The notes under the pieces: model-generated
Databases searched by the model: none
Told to the model about the DNA's origin: nothing
Seen by the model: only the letters and a program-made list of their open reading frames with translations
DNA from: Kiritimatiellia bacterium
GTDB lineage: Bacteria > Verrucomicrobiota > Kiritimatiellia > UBA8416 > JADHWI01
Assembly (NCBI GenBank): GCA_030744755.1
Contig: JASLPY010000002.1
Location: forward strand, 67,006-131,005
Direction: 5' to 3'
DNA length: 64,000 nt
Shown here: one piece after another, positions 18,818 through 27,947 of the stretch
Layout of the letters: the number at the start of each line of letters is the position of its first letter
Position numbering within the stretch: position 1 is the first letter of the stretch
Position numbers and translations under genes: made by a program

Positions 18818-21040
18818 ATGGGTACATCCTTGGACGTGCGTTTTATATTCAGGCAGGCGATGCGCGCCTGCCTTCCTGTTCTACTGGCCGCAGGAGTGGG
18901 TTGTAGCCGCGCGCCTGAACCCGTCGGTGACGCACCCGTTGTGTACGATTTTGCAGAACGTGCGGAACATGCCATCCAGGTAGGTACATGGGGTGAGCTC
19001 GATCTTGGCAGCAGTGATACGGACATCTTCCTTGCAAAGGGATGGGCCACACCGGGGCAGACGTCGGATGGCACTCCGGCACGATGGATGTCCAAGAAAG
19101 TGGCGGGTGTCACCTTCTTCCTTTCCGAGCCGGCCGATCTGACCATGACCGCCAGTTGCAAGCCTTATACAAGAAGCTACATGGCACAGACTCTGACCAT
19201 CGTGGTGAACGGCAACGTGGCGGCAAAGCAGGAGCTTGAACGTAGTTCATCTCTTTCCGACTACACGTTCAAGATCCCGTCCAGTTTTCTTCTCAGGGGC
19301 AACAACGAAATCGAGTTCAAGGCCAGGTATGCGAGTCGTCGGCACGGCACGGCTATTCGCTTCGGCCGCTTGGAGATGTCGGCAGCATCCGGACCCACAC
19401 CGGAACTACCACCTGTCGGAAGAATCGGGGATCCTTTGTTGCAGGAACCCGGGACACGTGTTGCCTGGCATATCGTGGCGCCGCAAGCCGGGTATGTCAG
19501 GGTTCAACCCGAGTTTCAAGCCGTTTCACCGGGGGGGGAATGCAACGTTGTGTTTTGCCTGGATGGGGACAGGTACGAGATCGGAACGTTCACTGAAAGC
19601 CGGAAGGAACCGCAAGTTCTCTCACTTGCTCGCTGGCCGGGAGCGCGAGGAAGGATCGAGTTCGAGGTCCTGGGGACCAATGCTGTTCATTGGAAAGGCG
19701 CAGTCATTGGCGGCCGGGTATCCCCGAAGGACGTCAACATTCTCTTCTTTACCATCGACACCCTGAGGGAAGACCACGTTGGGGCTTACGGATATCAGCG
19801 GGATACTACTCCGTGTTTCGATCGTCTCGCCACGCGGGGTACGATGTTCCTCAACGCGTTCGTGTCGTCTAATCTGTCTTCACCTTCACATGCCTGTATG
19901 CTGACTTCACGCTACCCCCAGAGTCACGGGCTATTTGCTAATGGCAGAACCATGGACCGTCAGCAGCTCACAGTGTCGCAGCTCTTAAGAAGGGCGGGCT
20001 ATGAAACGGCGATCTACTCAAACTTTCCCCTTCTCCACAGGGGAGATATGACCGGTAAAGGGTTCACGACGCGCAGGTATGTTCCCGGCACGGCAGACAC
20101 GCCCGATGTCTCGGGGAAAGAGATGAATGTCTACGCCGCCGCCATGAAATGGTTGAAGTCCAACAGGAAGAAGAAGATGTTCCTGATGGTTCACAGTGAG
20201 TATCTTCACCTGCAGAACATACCAGAGCCCTACGATGCAATGTACTGGGAAAAGCCGGCCGACATCACCGGCAAGAGCTACTTCCCCGCCTTATCCGAAA
20301 AACAGCGAAGCACGATGCGCAGGGAGTACAACCAAAAGCACATCGACCTTTCGGAGGATGAGATTCAGTCGGTCACGGACTACTATGATGGTGCGATACG
20401 TTTGACGGACGATTGCATTGCTGCCTTCATGGATGTTGTTGGTTTCTATGGTCTCGATCCTTTTACGGCTGTTGCGATTACTTCGGATCACGGAATCAGC
20501 ATTGGTCAGAATCATCGCATAAGTCACACGGGATGGCCCTTCGACCATCTTCTCAAGGTTCCAATGCTCTTCGTACTGCCGGGTGTGGACCAGGAGGCGG
20601 GAAGGTCGGTTGAAGGGATCGTGGAGTCTGTCGATATTGCGCCCACGCTTCTTTCTTACACGGGCATTTCCGTTCCCCGGCGAATGCAGGGCATTGACCT
20701 GCTGCCATGGATCGTTGCCAACGGGAGGCCATCGGACGAGGTCAAGGAATGCTCTTACGCGGCGCTGAAGGGATACTCACGCTGGTACTCCATAAGGACA
20801 AAGGAGTGGCGCTACTCCGTGAATGCAGAGGAAAAGGAGATCCTGGAAAAGAATCCTCGCAGTGACGAGCAGCCGGTATCGGTAGTGAGAGATTTTCCGA
20901 AGGAGCGGGAAGAACTTCGCAAGAAACTGTTCCACTGGGTAAATGCCACTCCGGACGTCACTGAGGAGACAGACAAGCATTTGCCGCCGGAGATTACAGA
21001 AATGCTCAGAAAGGCAGGTTACCTTGACGACATCCAGTGA
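18818..21040 (+). CDS. Sulfatase-like hydrolase (alkaline-phosphatase superfamily) lipoprotein with an N-terminal beta-sandwich domain
   Basis: Ribosome-binding site ggagag before the ATG at 18818. Lipobox LAAGVGC. C-terminal domain ILFFTIDTLREDH... The active-site stretch SSPSHACMLTSR aligns with the canonical C/S-x-P-S-R-x-x-x-L-T-G-R motif. Confidence 0.75.
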   Translation: MGTSLDVRFIFRQAMRACLPVLLAAGVGCSRAPEPVGDAPVVYDFAERAEHAIQVGTWGELDLGSSDTDIFLAKGWATPGQTSDGTPARWMSKKVAGVTFFLSEPADLTMTASCKPYTRSYMAQTLTIVVNGNVAAKQELERSSSLSDYTFKIPSSFLLRGNNEIEFKARYASRRHGTAIRFGRLEMSAASGPTPELPPVGRIGDPLLQEPGTRVAWHIVAPQAGYVRVQPEFQAVSPGGECNVVFCLDGDRYEIGTFTESRKEPQVLSLARWPGARGRIEFEVLGTNAVHWKGAVIGGRVSPKDVNILFFTIDTLREDHVGAYGYQRDTTPCFDRLATRGTMFLNAFVSSNLSSPSHACMLTSRYPQSHGLFANGRTMDRQQLTVSQLLRRAGYETAIYSNFPLLHRGDMTGKGFTTRRYVPGTADTPDVSGKEMNVYAAAMKWLKSNRKKKMFLMVHSEYLHLQNIPEPYDAMYWEKPADITGKSYFPALSEKQRSTMRREYNQKHIDLSEDEIQSVTDYYDGAIRLTDDCIAAFMDVVGFYGLDPFTAVAITSDHGISIGQNHRISHTGWPFDHLLKVPMLFVLPGVDQEAGRSVEGIVESVDIAPTLLSYTGISVPRRMQGIDLLPWIVANGRPSDEVKECSYAALKGYSRWYSIRTKEWRYSVNAEEKEILEKNPRSDEQPVSVVRDFPKEREELRKKLFHWVNATPDVTEETDKHLPPEITEMLRKAGYLDDIQ

Positions 21041-21092
21041 TGACAACCTGAGAAGAACGCCCCGCACCGTTTTCGCCGCCTTTGCCGCAATC

Positions 21093-21752
21093 ATGGCATT
21101 GGACATACTGTTCGTTGTCCTGCACCTGCTGATTGGTGAGAAATTCGATATCATCAACCTTGACCAGGAAGGGAACCTGACCGCCTGGTATTCCAGCACA
21201 AAGCTCCTTGCCCTGGCGGCAATGTGTTTCACGATCTGGTCTACCGAACGGATTGCGAAGGTCGGTAAAAAGTGGCGTCTCACCGTGCTGTGGCTTCTTG
21301 TCGCGGCCGTCTTCCTGGGATTGAGCATGGACGAGACGGCAAGCATACATGAGCGGCTTGCACGATTCGTCATGCAGGAATCTTACGTCGGCCTGGACAT
21401 CAGGGAATCTGTTCTGGACGGGGATTCCACGAAGGACTCGTTCGCGTGGGTCCTGATTCTGTCGCCCATCATCTTGTCTGTTACGGTTTTCTTTTTCGTT
21501 TTTTTCTACAGCAGACTCTTCCTGTCCCGCACGGGCTATGTGCCTGCGCTCATAGCCCTCAGCATGTTTCTGATCGCGGTTGGAATGGAGGCGACGGTTT
21601 ATTTCACCCCATCCATGAGCGATTGGGACGCAAATATGCTGAACAAGTACAAGCTTGGGATTGCACTGGAAGAAACCGCGGAAATGATGGGAAGCACCCT
21701 TTTCCTCCTGGCATTCTGGCGCTACTGGCGGTTTCTGAAAGAAAGTCATTGA
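21093..21752 (+). CDS. Integral membrane protein, hypothetical
   Basis: In-frame ATG after the stop of the sulfatase-like gene. About 6 predicted transmembrane helices. No recognised domain. Confidence 0.5.
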   Translation: MALDILFVVLHLLIGEKFDIINLDQEGNLTAWYSSTKLLALAAMCFTIWSTERIAKVGKKWRLTVLWLLVAAVFLGLSMDETASIHERLARFVMQESYVGLDIRESVLDGDSTKDSFAWVLILSPIILSVTVFFFVFFYSRLFLSRTGYVPALIALSMFLIAVGMEATVYFTPSMSDWDANMLNKYKLGIALEETAEMMGSTLFLLAFWRYWRFLKESH

Positions 21753-21756
21753 ACAC

Positions 21757-23031
21757 ATGAGCCATGAGCATCCAGGCAGCTCGGGTATTACTGTGCCTGA
21801 GACGATTGGCGCCGGTGTGCCACGCTGGATGCGGGGGTTGAGTTACATCTTCTTCCTCCTGGGGTGTTCTCTTCTTCTGATGGTATGCCTGATTGCCTGG
21901 AAGGGTGGACGCTGGGAGTGGGGAGGCATATCGGCATCCAGCCCGGGAGACCGTCTCGCCGGCGCCGCAGCCTGCCTGATCATCTGGCTTATGCTCAGGG
22001 ACGGGTTCAAGAGGCCGCGAAAAGAATGGGTGTCGCTTTTCGGACGAATCTTCCTGCTTACGGCAAGTCTTGGCCTGGCGTTCTTTATGGCTGAGCGATT
22101 GTTGCGCATCCACCTGAGAAACACACAGGGCTTCAGTGCTATAGAGGATTTGACGAGATTCCATGAAGGCCGAAACGTCAAAGTGCAATCGCAGCACGCG
22201 TTGACGGCGTTAGTCCGGGTTTCCGCAAACAGTAAACTCATCTACGAGTTGAAGCCCAGGAGAGAGTTCCGCTTTGCCGGACGGCGTTTCAAATCCAACA
22301 GCATGGGGATGCGCGACAGCCTGGAGTACGCCGAACATAAGCCTGCTGGAACTGTGCGCATAATCGGAATTGGAGATTCCGGGATGTTCGGCTGGGGCAA
22401 TCACCAGGATGAGGATTACCTGGCCGTGCTGGAGGCCAACCTAAACTCGAAAAGCACCGGTCCCCGGTACGAGGTCCTCAACACGGCAGTTCCTGGCTAC
22501 AACACCCAGCAAGAACTCGAGGCCTTCAAAAGTAAGTGGCTTGCATTCGCACCTGACATCGTCGTGATCGGCTGGTGCAACAATGACTTCGATCTGCCGT
22601 TCTTCCTCTATGGTAAGAACGACTTTGACGACAGGGATGTTTCCTATTTCTACGAATTTCTATTCGACAGGAAGACCTACCGCGAGCTTATTGAACCACG
22701 CGTTCTTCCAGCCAAGAAGATTGACGAGAACCTGGTGGATCCTGAGCTGCTCCTTGGCGAAGGCGAGGACGGTGTGGGCAGGGCGCTTGGTGAGCTTAAG
22801 AGACTGGGGGAAGCGCACGGTTTCAAGATCATTGGGTTTGGGCCATTGGGCTCCAGAGCCATTCGTGTGTTCGAGAAGATTGGCGTCGATTACTACAGTA
22901 CTTCCAGGGAGATACCCAAGGATAAGTATCCGCGGGAATACTTCATTCATTTCATGCACCCCGCGGCAAGCGGGCACAAGGCATTGGCAACGCACCTGGA
23001 AGATGCACTCAAGACGCGCGGGTGGTTGTGA
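21757..23031 (+). CDS. Membrane-anchored SGNH/GDSL hydrolase
   Basis: N-terminal transmembrane helix. GDSx block IGIGDSGMFGWG. Paralogous to the gene at 40002-41096. Confidence 0.7.
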   Translation: MSHEHPGSSGITVPETIGAGVPRWMRGLSYIFFLLGCSLLLMVCLIAWKGGRWEWGGISASSPGDRLAGAAACLIIWLMLRDGFKRPRKEWVSLFGRIFLLTASLGLAFFMAERLLRIHLRNTQGFSAIEDLTRFHEGRNVKVQSQHALTALVRVSANSKLIYELKPRREFRFAGRRFKSNSMGMRDSLEYAEHKPAGTVRIIGIGDSGMFGWGNHQDEDYLAVLEANLNSKSTGPRYEVLNTAVPGYNTQQELEAFKSKWLAFAPDIVVIGWCNNDFDLPFFLYGKNDFDDRDVSYFYEFLFDRKTYRELIEPRVLPAKKIDENLVDPELLLGEGEDGVGRALGELKRLGEAHGFKIIGFGPLGSRAIRVFEKIGVDYYSTSREIPKDKYPREYFIHFMHPAASGHKALATHLEDALKTRGWL

Positions 23032-23064
23032 GTCCTCACCCGAACGCCGCGACGAGGAGTTTTG

Positions 23065-23170
23065 TCGTCCTGAGCGAAGCGTTGCGGAGTCAAAGAGCCT
23101 GTCCTGAGCTTGTCGAAGGAATCTCAAGCGCCTGGTGAAACATGAGATCCCTCGACAGGCTCGGGATGAC
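23065..23170. repeat. Direct plus inverted GTCCTGAGC...CGAAGG repeats between convergent genes
   Basis: gtcctgagcgaagcg (23068-82) and gtcctgagcttgtcgaagg (23101-19), with an imperfect reverse complement ccctcgacaggctcgggatgac (23149-70). Confidence 0.3.
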
Positions 23171-23204
23171 ATCAACTGTACGGTCGTGCCGGAAGCGATC
23201 CGCC

Positions 23205-25382
23205 TCAGAACCATTTACGAAAAGCCAGATCAAACTCCCGTTGGCCGTTTGGGTCGATTTCTATCAGGTCGATGTCTTCATCGACATGTCGTGGGCGAAT
23301 CTCCACCGGCGGGTCTACTTTCATACCGTCGACCCAATTGTATTTCAGGACAACCGGCTGCGACGGGTCTTCCACCACGACGTGCAAGTTGTTGATACTG
23401 GGCTCAACCGTGCCTGCCCCTTCCAGAAACATGGAAGATTCGCGCTTCACACGGAACACGTACTTCTTCCGGTTGTTCCCCCACATGTATACCTCTTCAA
23501 ATAGATCCGGTCGCTCCCGAAGATGCCTGACCCATCTGCCGTGATAGGTCACAACATGGGTCACGTTGTAGGCGTGGAAGAATTCCTCCATTTTCTGATG
23601 ATCGCGGCGATAGCGCTTGGGCGGATAGTTATACTCAACAAGAGCGGGCGAAAAATGATAGTAGTCGCATGCCATCATCTCTCGTCCGGTCAATGCCGGC
23701 AGCACGGCAACATGACCGCCTCCATAAGCATGAACCGTACTCCCCGCAAACATTATGCGGCCGTCTTCCGGGGTGTTGTCGCGTATCCATTCCGCCGCCT
23801 GCAGAATCTCAGATGACATGGGACGGAACTTCTCCGGCTGACGATTCTCATACATGTTTGACACGTTGAGTCCGCCAAGCAGGAGAAGGGCGGTGAGACC
23901 CGCGCGAACGGGACTCAGCCTGAGGGATCCGTCTTCAAGGAAACGGCTGGCCCAGAGCCCGGCGGGGATTGCGGCCAGGAAGAACATGGCAATCCCGCCC
24001 CTGGAAAGTTCGAAAGCCGGCAGCAGAAGTTCTCCCCACGACGAGAGGATCAGAAGGCAGGCTAGTACCGGGACAAGAAACTGACGGATGTCGCGGCGCG
24101 GGAGCACGGTCACTCCCAGCAGGCCAAAGAAAACTATCAACGGGTGTGCCTGCCATAGTTGCTCTCTCATCGTGCGGAACCCACCCTTAAGTCCTTCAAT
24201 CCAGGGCTGCTGCTTGCCGGCTTCCTCGGCAAAAGCCTTCACGTCAACGCGGCTCAAAATCGACAAAAAGTAGGGCATGCAGACCAGGACGATCATTACT
24301 GTGCAAAGGGCAAAGAACAGGATGCGCCGCCTGGACAAGCGTGGAATGCAGAACAGCATTCCCGGGACAAGCGTGAGGGCAATGAATGCCGAGGGGGGCC
24401 ATGCAAGTAATAGAAACGCACTGAAAACAAGCAGAACCGCGGCCCAGGGCTCTGGTGTTTCCACCCACAGGAGCCTGTAGACGCATGCGCACACCAGCGG
24501 AAGAAACGATATTGAGAGACACGCCCCGATGGTTCCGAAATGAAGGAACCAGACAAAGAAGTGGCGGCTTACGCCCAGGGCCACAATGGCCGCGCACATA
24601 GACGCGGTCGTGGACCCCTTCATCATACGCGTCGCGCCCATCAACATGAACGGAATGAACACAATAGACAGAAACGCGATCGCCGGCGTGTAAACATTGA
24701 GAATGTTCCCGAAGCGCCAGAGAGGCCACAAGAGCGTCCCGGGACATGTCGTACCGGAGGCGACGATGTAGACAGCTTCTTTCCCACCGTTCCAGAAGGG
24801 GTTGTAATAAACGAGCCGGGGAAATGTCTTGCCGAAAACCCAGAAACGAAACATGAACGAAGAATGATCGTCATTGTAAAGAGGCATGCCCTGCGTCGTA
24901 TCAATCAGCTCATGAATGCAGCGAAACTGACATACCAGCAGGATAACAAAGGGGATGACCCAGCTTCTCCTCCAGCGAACGACAAACACCGGTGTCAAGA
25001 TGGCGGTAAACAATGCAAACCTGGCCATCCACGAATCGAACAGGACGGAAACAGGGTCGCTGGTCGGAAGCCATCGCAGGAAGTAGAACCTGCTCTGCAG
25101 TCCCGCGCTGGATGCCAGGTAAAGGGCCATACAGCAAGCCAGTACAATGCCCGGCAGCAGTTCCCCCGCGGCCTTTCCATCCTTTTCGGGGTAGCGCCGC
25201 CGGTACCACTCTGCGCCGGCACATGCCATGGCTACCCATATGAGCGGTGCGGCAAGTTTGCCGATTACGAAGCGCGCCTGCGTCTGGAGAACGCAAAGCA
25301 GTACCAATCCAAGTACGGCGGCCGATAACACCGCCAGCGCGGATCTGCTGTTGTTACCCTTGCTCATGCCCGAGATGCTCAT
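23205..25382 (-). CDS. Large polytopic membrane protein with a C-terminal extracytoplasmic domain (GT-C-like, family unclear)
   Basis: About 725 aa. More than 12 hydrophobic helices, then a roughly 200-aa soluble C-terminus. ATG at 25382 follows a TTG. Confidence 0.6.
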   Translation of the reverse strand: MSISGMSKGNNSRSALAVLSAAVLGLVLLCVLQTQARFVIGKLAAPLIWVAMACAGAEWYRRRYPEKDGKAAGELLPGIVLACCMALYLASSAGLQSRFYFLRWLPTSDPVSVLFDSWMARFALFTAILTPVFVVRWRRSWVIPFVILLVCQFRCIHELIDTTQGMPLYNDDHSSFMFRFWVFGKTFPRLVYYNPFWNGGKEAVYIVASGTTCPGTLLWPLWRFGNILNVYTPAIAFLSIVFIPFMLMGATRMMKGSTTASMCAAIVALGVSRHFFVWFLHFGTIGACLSISFLPLVCACVYRLLWVETPEPWAAVLLVFSAFLLLAWPPSAFIALTLVPGMLFCIPRLSRRRILFFALCTVMIVLVCMPYFLSILSRVDVKAFAEEAGKQQPWIEGLKGGFRTMREQLWQAHPLIVFFGLLGVTVLPRRDIRQFLVPVLACLLILSSWGELLLPAFELSRGGIAMFFLAAIPAGLWASRFLEDGSLRLSPVRAGLTALLLLGGLNVSNMYENRQPEKFRPMSSEILQAAEWIRDNTPEDGRIMFAGSTVHAYGGGHVAVLPALTGREMMACDYYHFSPALVEYNYPPKRYRRDHQKMEEFFHAYNVTHVVTYHGRWVRHLRERPDLFEEVYMWGNNRKKYVFRVKRESSMFLEGAGTVEPSINNLHVVVEDPSQPVVLKYNWVDGMKVDPPVEIRPRHVDEDIDLIEIDPNGQREFDLAFRKWF

Positions 25383-25398
25383 CAATGTGCGCGGTTGG

Positions 25399-27825
25399 CT
25401 ATGACGGTTCTTTCCCCAGGAAGAGAGGAGCCGAAACGTAGAGAATCGCAGCTATAGCAAACACTGTCGTGAAACCGAAGTTGACGGCTATCAGAACACT
25501 GAGAGCTGTGCCGATAACCGTAAAGTAACCGTTCACTGCCCATCCCCAGGGGATGATCGGCTTGCCTGCTGCTTTCAAGTGACGGATTCCGCTGGGCATC
25601 GGCATGCCCATGAAGAAACCTGCGATTCCGGTGAAGAGGATGGCCACAAGCATCCGTACCGGAAGAGAGCTTCCGAGAAAGCGCCCTGTTACTGCAGGGG
25701 TCCCGAAATGTACGGCCAGCACGACGAGTGCGACGATTAACAGGAGAATACGCAGGTTCTTGACCGACGGGTTCATGATGCCCGAGCAGAGACTCCCCAG
25801 ACCGGCAAACACCAGCAGGCTGGCAAGCACGGAGGCCATACTGTACACGGGTGCTCCCAGGAACAGCACCAACTTCTGGATAAGACAGATTTCCACGAAG
25901 ATGAAGGCTATGCCGAGAAACGCGAAGTAGCCCAGAGGCCTTCTGTTCTTCCTGAGAGTCTCGCGTAGTTCGCGTTTGGAGAACATGGGGATGCCGAAGA
26001 ATACCGTTGAAAGCAGCAGCCCCTCAAAAAGGATGATCAGCGGTGGCAAATCGCCCTTGGGAACTCTTTTGTCAAGCTTGTTGGGCGCTTCCACGTGGTA
26101 GATCTCGCCGGGCAGCATCGGCATTTCATCCCGTTTTCGGTCCTGAAGTCCAAGAATCTTGAAATGATTAAAGAAAGGTTTCTTGTCAGTTGACGGTTCG
26201 AAGTTAAAGCATCCCAGCCGCCAGAACTTGCTGGGATCCTGCGAAGTGGCAATCTGGTAATAGAGGTTATTGTCGATATCAGGAAGATCCTCCGTGCGAT
26301 GCGGCGCATAGAGGATCTTCCTTTCGTGATCTCCACTTTCGTAGAAGTTGTAGAGAGTATCTATCTCACCTTCCGTGAACGGAGACTTCTTCATCATGAA
26401 AGTGTTCACATGCCACTGGCTTCCCTCGCCGACGAACAGCCGTTTCGAATACTCTTCCGGGCTCATCCCCATTTGCCTGAACATTTCAACGGCAACACTC
26501 AACATGCGGATGGTGCCCCACCTGCTGATTGCCAGGATGCCGTCATCCGTCAGATGATCGTAAAAGTCGCGAAACGACTCGACGGTCAGCAGATACGTCT
26601 CGCTCAGGTTCAAAGAACCGTTCTGAAAGGCGATAGGAGTGAAATTGTTGACCTGGTGGATCAGGTCAAATTCCCGGTTGCTTCGCCTGAGGTAGCTCCG
26701 GCCTTCATCCACCACCAGCTCGCTGTATTTGCCGTCGGTGAAGAGCCCTCCGGCGTAGTCCCGGTAGTCCACGGTTACGAATTTGGCGATGGCCGGGTCC
26801 ATCTCGATTCCAAGCACGTGCCGGGCACCCATCATGAGCCCGTAGAGCGAATCTTCCCCGCCCGACGTTCCGATCACGCAAACGGTATGATTCGTTTTGA
26901 TCGTGTGCGGGATGGCCTTGTGATGCAAAAACTTGGCGGCACGTTCAAGCAGTGCCTCGCGTTTGGCGGCCAGGCTTTCGAAATCCCCGTCGAAATTCAC
27001 AATGGCCGATTCGTTCACCCCCCCCGCAATCCACACTCGTTTGCGGCTTCCCGACATGCCGGCGATGTCAACTCTCGACAGGGCGCTCCACTTTGTTGCT
27101 TCAATATTGCCCTTTTCCAGGTCGTTCTTGAATGAACGTTTCGAGACATGCACCTTCAGAGCTATATGGTCAGCTGCCCTGGGCGTCCAAAGAGCGGTCA
27201 ATACCGCAGCTGCAACTGCAGCCACGATTCCCACTGCGTTCAACTTGCGTGATGGACCTTCGCTGCCGATGAGAAAAGTGAATGCACCAACGATAGCCGT
27301 ACCCGATGCAAGTACCACCAGACCCTGTGGCTGAATCAACTGGATAAGCGGAACAAGCGCAAAGCATCCCAATCCCGCGCCAACCAGGTCGGCAAAGTAG
27401 TAGATGTTGGCCTTGCTGCCGCGCTTTTCGAAGAGGAACCCGATGATCAATCCGATGAATGCGAAGGGGACACCCATCGATACGAAGACAGCCGTGATGT
27501 TCAAGAGCTCCCGCAATACACCGTCGGGAAATGATGGCAAATGAATCGGCACGGTGTTCATGACGTGGAAGGCTGTGAAAAACGTGATGCCTGAAAGCAG
27601 GGCGCATGAAAACAGAAAAGCGGTGTCCTTTATCTGCAGCAACTTAGGCCAGCACGTAAGAATGACCCCGCTCAGACCAAAGCCGAACATAGCGGTACTT
27701 ATCACGAGATAGGCATAGTTGGCCCAAACGCTGAACTCGAAGATCTTGGTGGCGGTGATTTCGAACAGCAGACTTGCAAACGCGACAAGAAACACGGCAA
27801 TAAGCTCACAATAGCGACGTCTCAT
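25399..27825 (-). CDS. Spermidine-synthase-like fused membrane protein (transmembrane block, Rossmann aminopropyltransferase fold, transmembrane block)
   Basis: Ribosome-binding site gggaaaggg before the ATG at 27825. N-terminal transmembrane bundle. Central VIGTSGGEDSLYGLMMGARHVLGIEMDP...DLIHQV matches spermidine/spermine synthase motifs. C-terminal transmembrane helices. Confidence 0.75.
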   Translation of the reverse strand: MRRRYCELIAVFLVAFASLLFEITATKIFEFSVWANYAYLVISTAMFGFGLSGVILTCWPKLLQIKDTAFLFSCALLSGITFFTAFHVMNTVPIHLPSFPDGVLRELLNITAVFVSMGVPFAFIGLIIGFLFEKRGSKANIYYFADLVGAGLGCFALVPLIQLIQPQGLVVLASGTAIVGAFTFLIGSEGPSRKLNAVGIVAAVAAAVLTALWTPRAADHIALKVHVSKRSFKNDLEKGNIEATKWSALSRVDIAGMSGSRKRVWIAGGVNESAIVNFDGDFESLAAKREALLERAAKFLHHKAIPHTIKTNHTVCVIGTSGGEDSLYGLMMGARHVLGIEMDPAIAKFVTVDYRDYAGGLFTDGKYSELVVDEGRSYLRRSNREFDLIHQVNNFTPIAFQNGSLNLSETYLLTVESFRDFYDHLTDDGILAISRWGTIRMLSVAVEMFRQMGMSPEEYSKRLFVGEGSQWHVNTFMMKKSPFTEGEIDTLYNFYESGDHERKILYAPHRTEDLPDIDNNLYYQIATSQDPSKFWRLGCFNFEPSTDKKPFFNHFKILGLQDRKRDEMPMLPGEIYHVEAPNKLDKRVPKGDLPPLIILFEGLLLSTVFFGIPMFSKRELRETLRKNRRPLGYFAFLGIAFIFVEICLIQKLVLFLGAPVYSMASVLASLLVFAGLGSLCSGIMNPSVKNLRILLLIVALVVLAVHFGTPAVTGRFLGSSLPVRMLVAILFTGIAGFFMGMPMPSGIRHLKAAGKPIIPWGWAVNGYFTVIGTALSVLIAVNFGFTTVFAIAAILYVSAPLFLGKEPS

Positions 27826-27947
27826 ACTCGCCCTTTCCCAAGAATTCGGAAAAACTCCACCCAGTCCAGCAGGTCCGGCCAATGCCAAAGGCAAAGCGCC
27901 TGTCACGGTGGGGTTACTATGCTTTCCCGGCGGAGCTTGTGTCAAGG

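Noticed and set aside
20943-21092. N-terminal extension of the membrane-protein ORF that overlaps the 3' end of the sulfatase-like gene
   Set aside because: The Arg/Ser-rich extension lies inside the upstream coding sequence. The first in-frame ATG after the upstream stop (21093) begins the hydrophobic protein.
24540-25328. 262-aa plus-strand ORF antisense to the large membrane protein gene. Similar shadow ORFs were seen at 26299-27135, 29038-29877, 7462-8265, 11578-12351, 16667-17395, 21006-21758, 40338-41138, 42356-43102 and 51088-51768.
   Set aside because: All are Arg/Pro/Gly-rich translations with no domain features. They lie opposite ORFs with clear family signatures and are treated as non-coding shadows.
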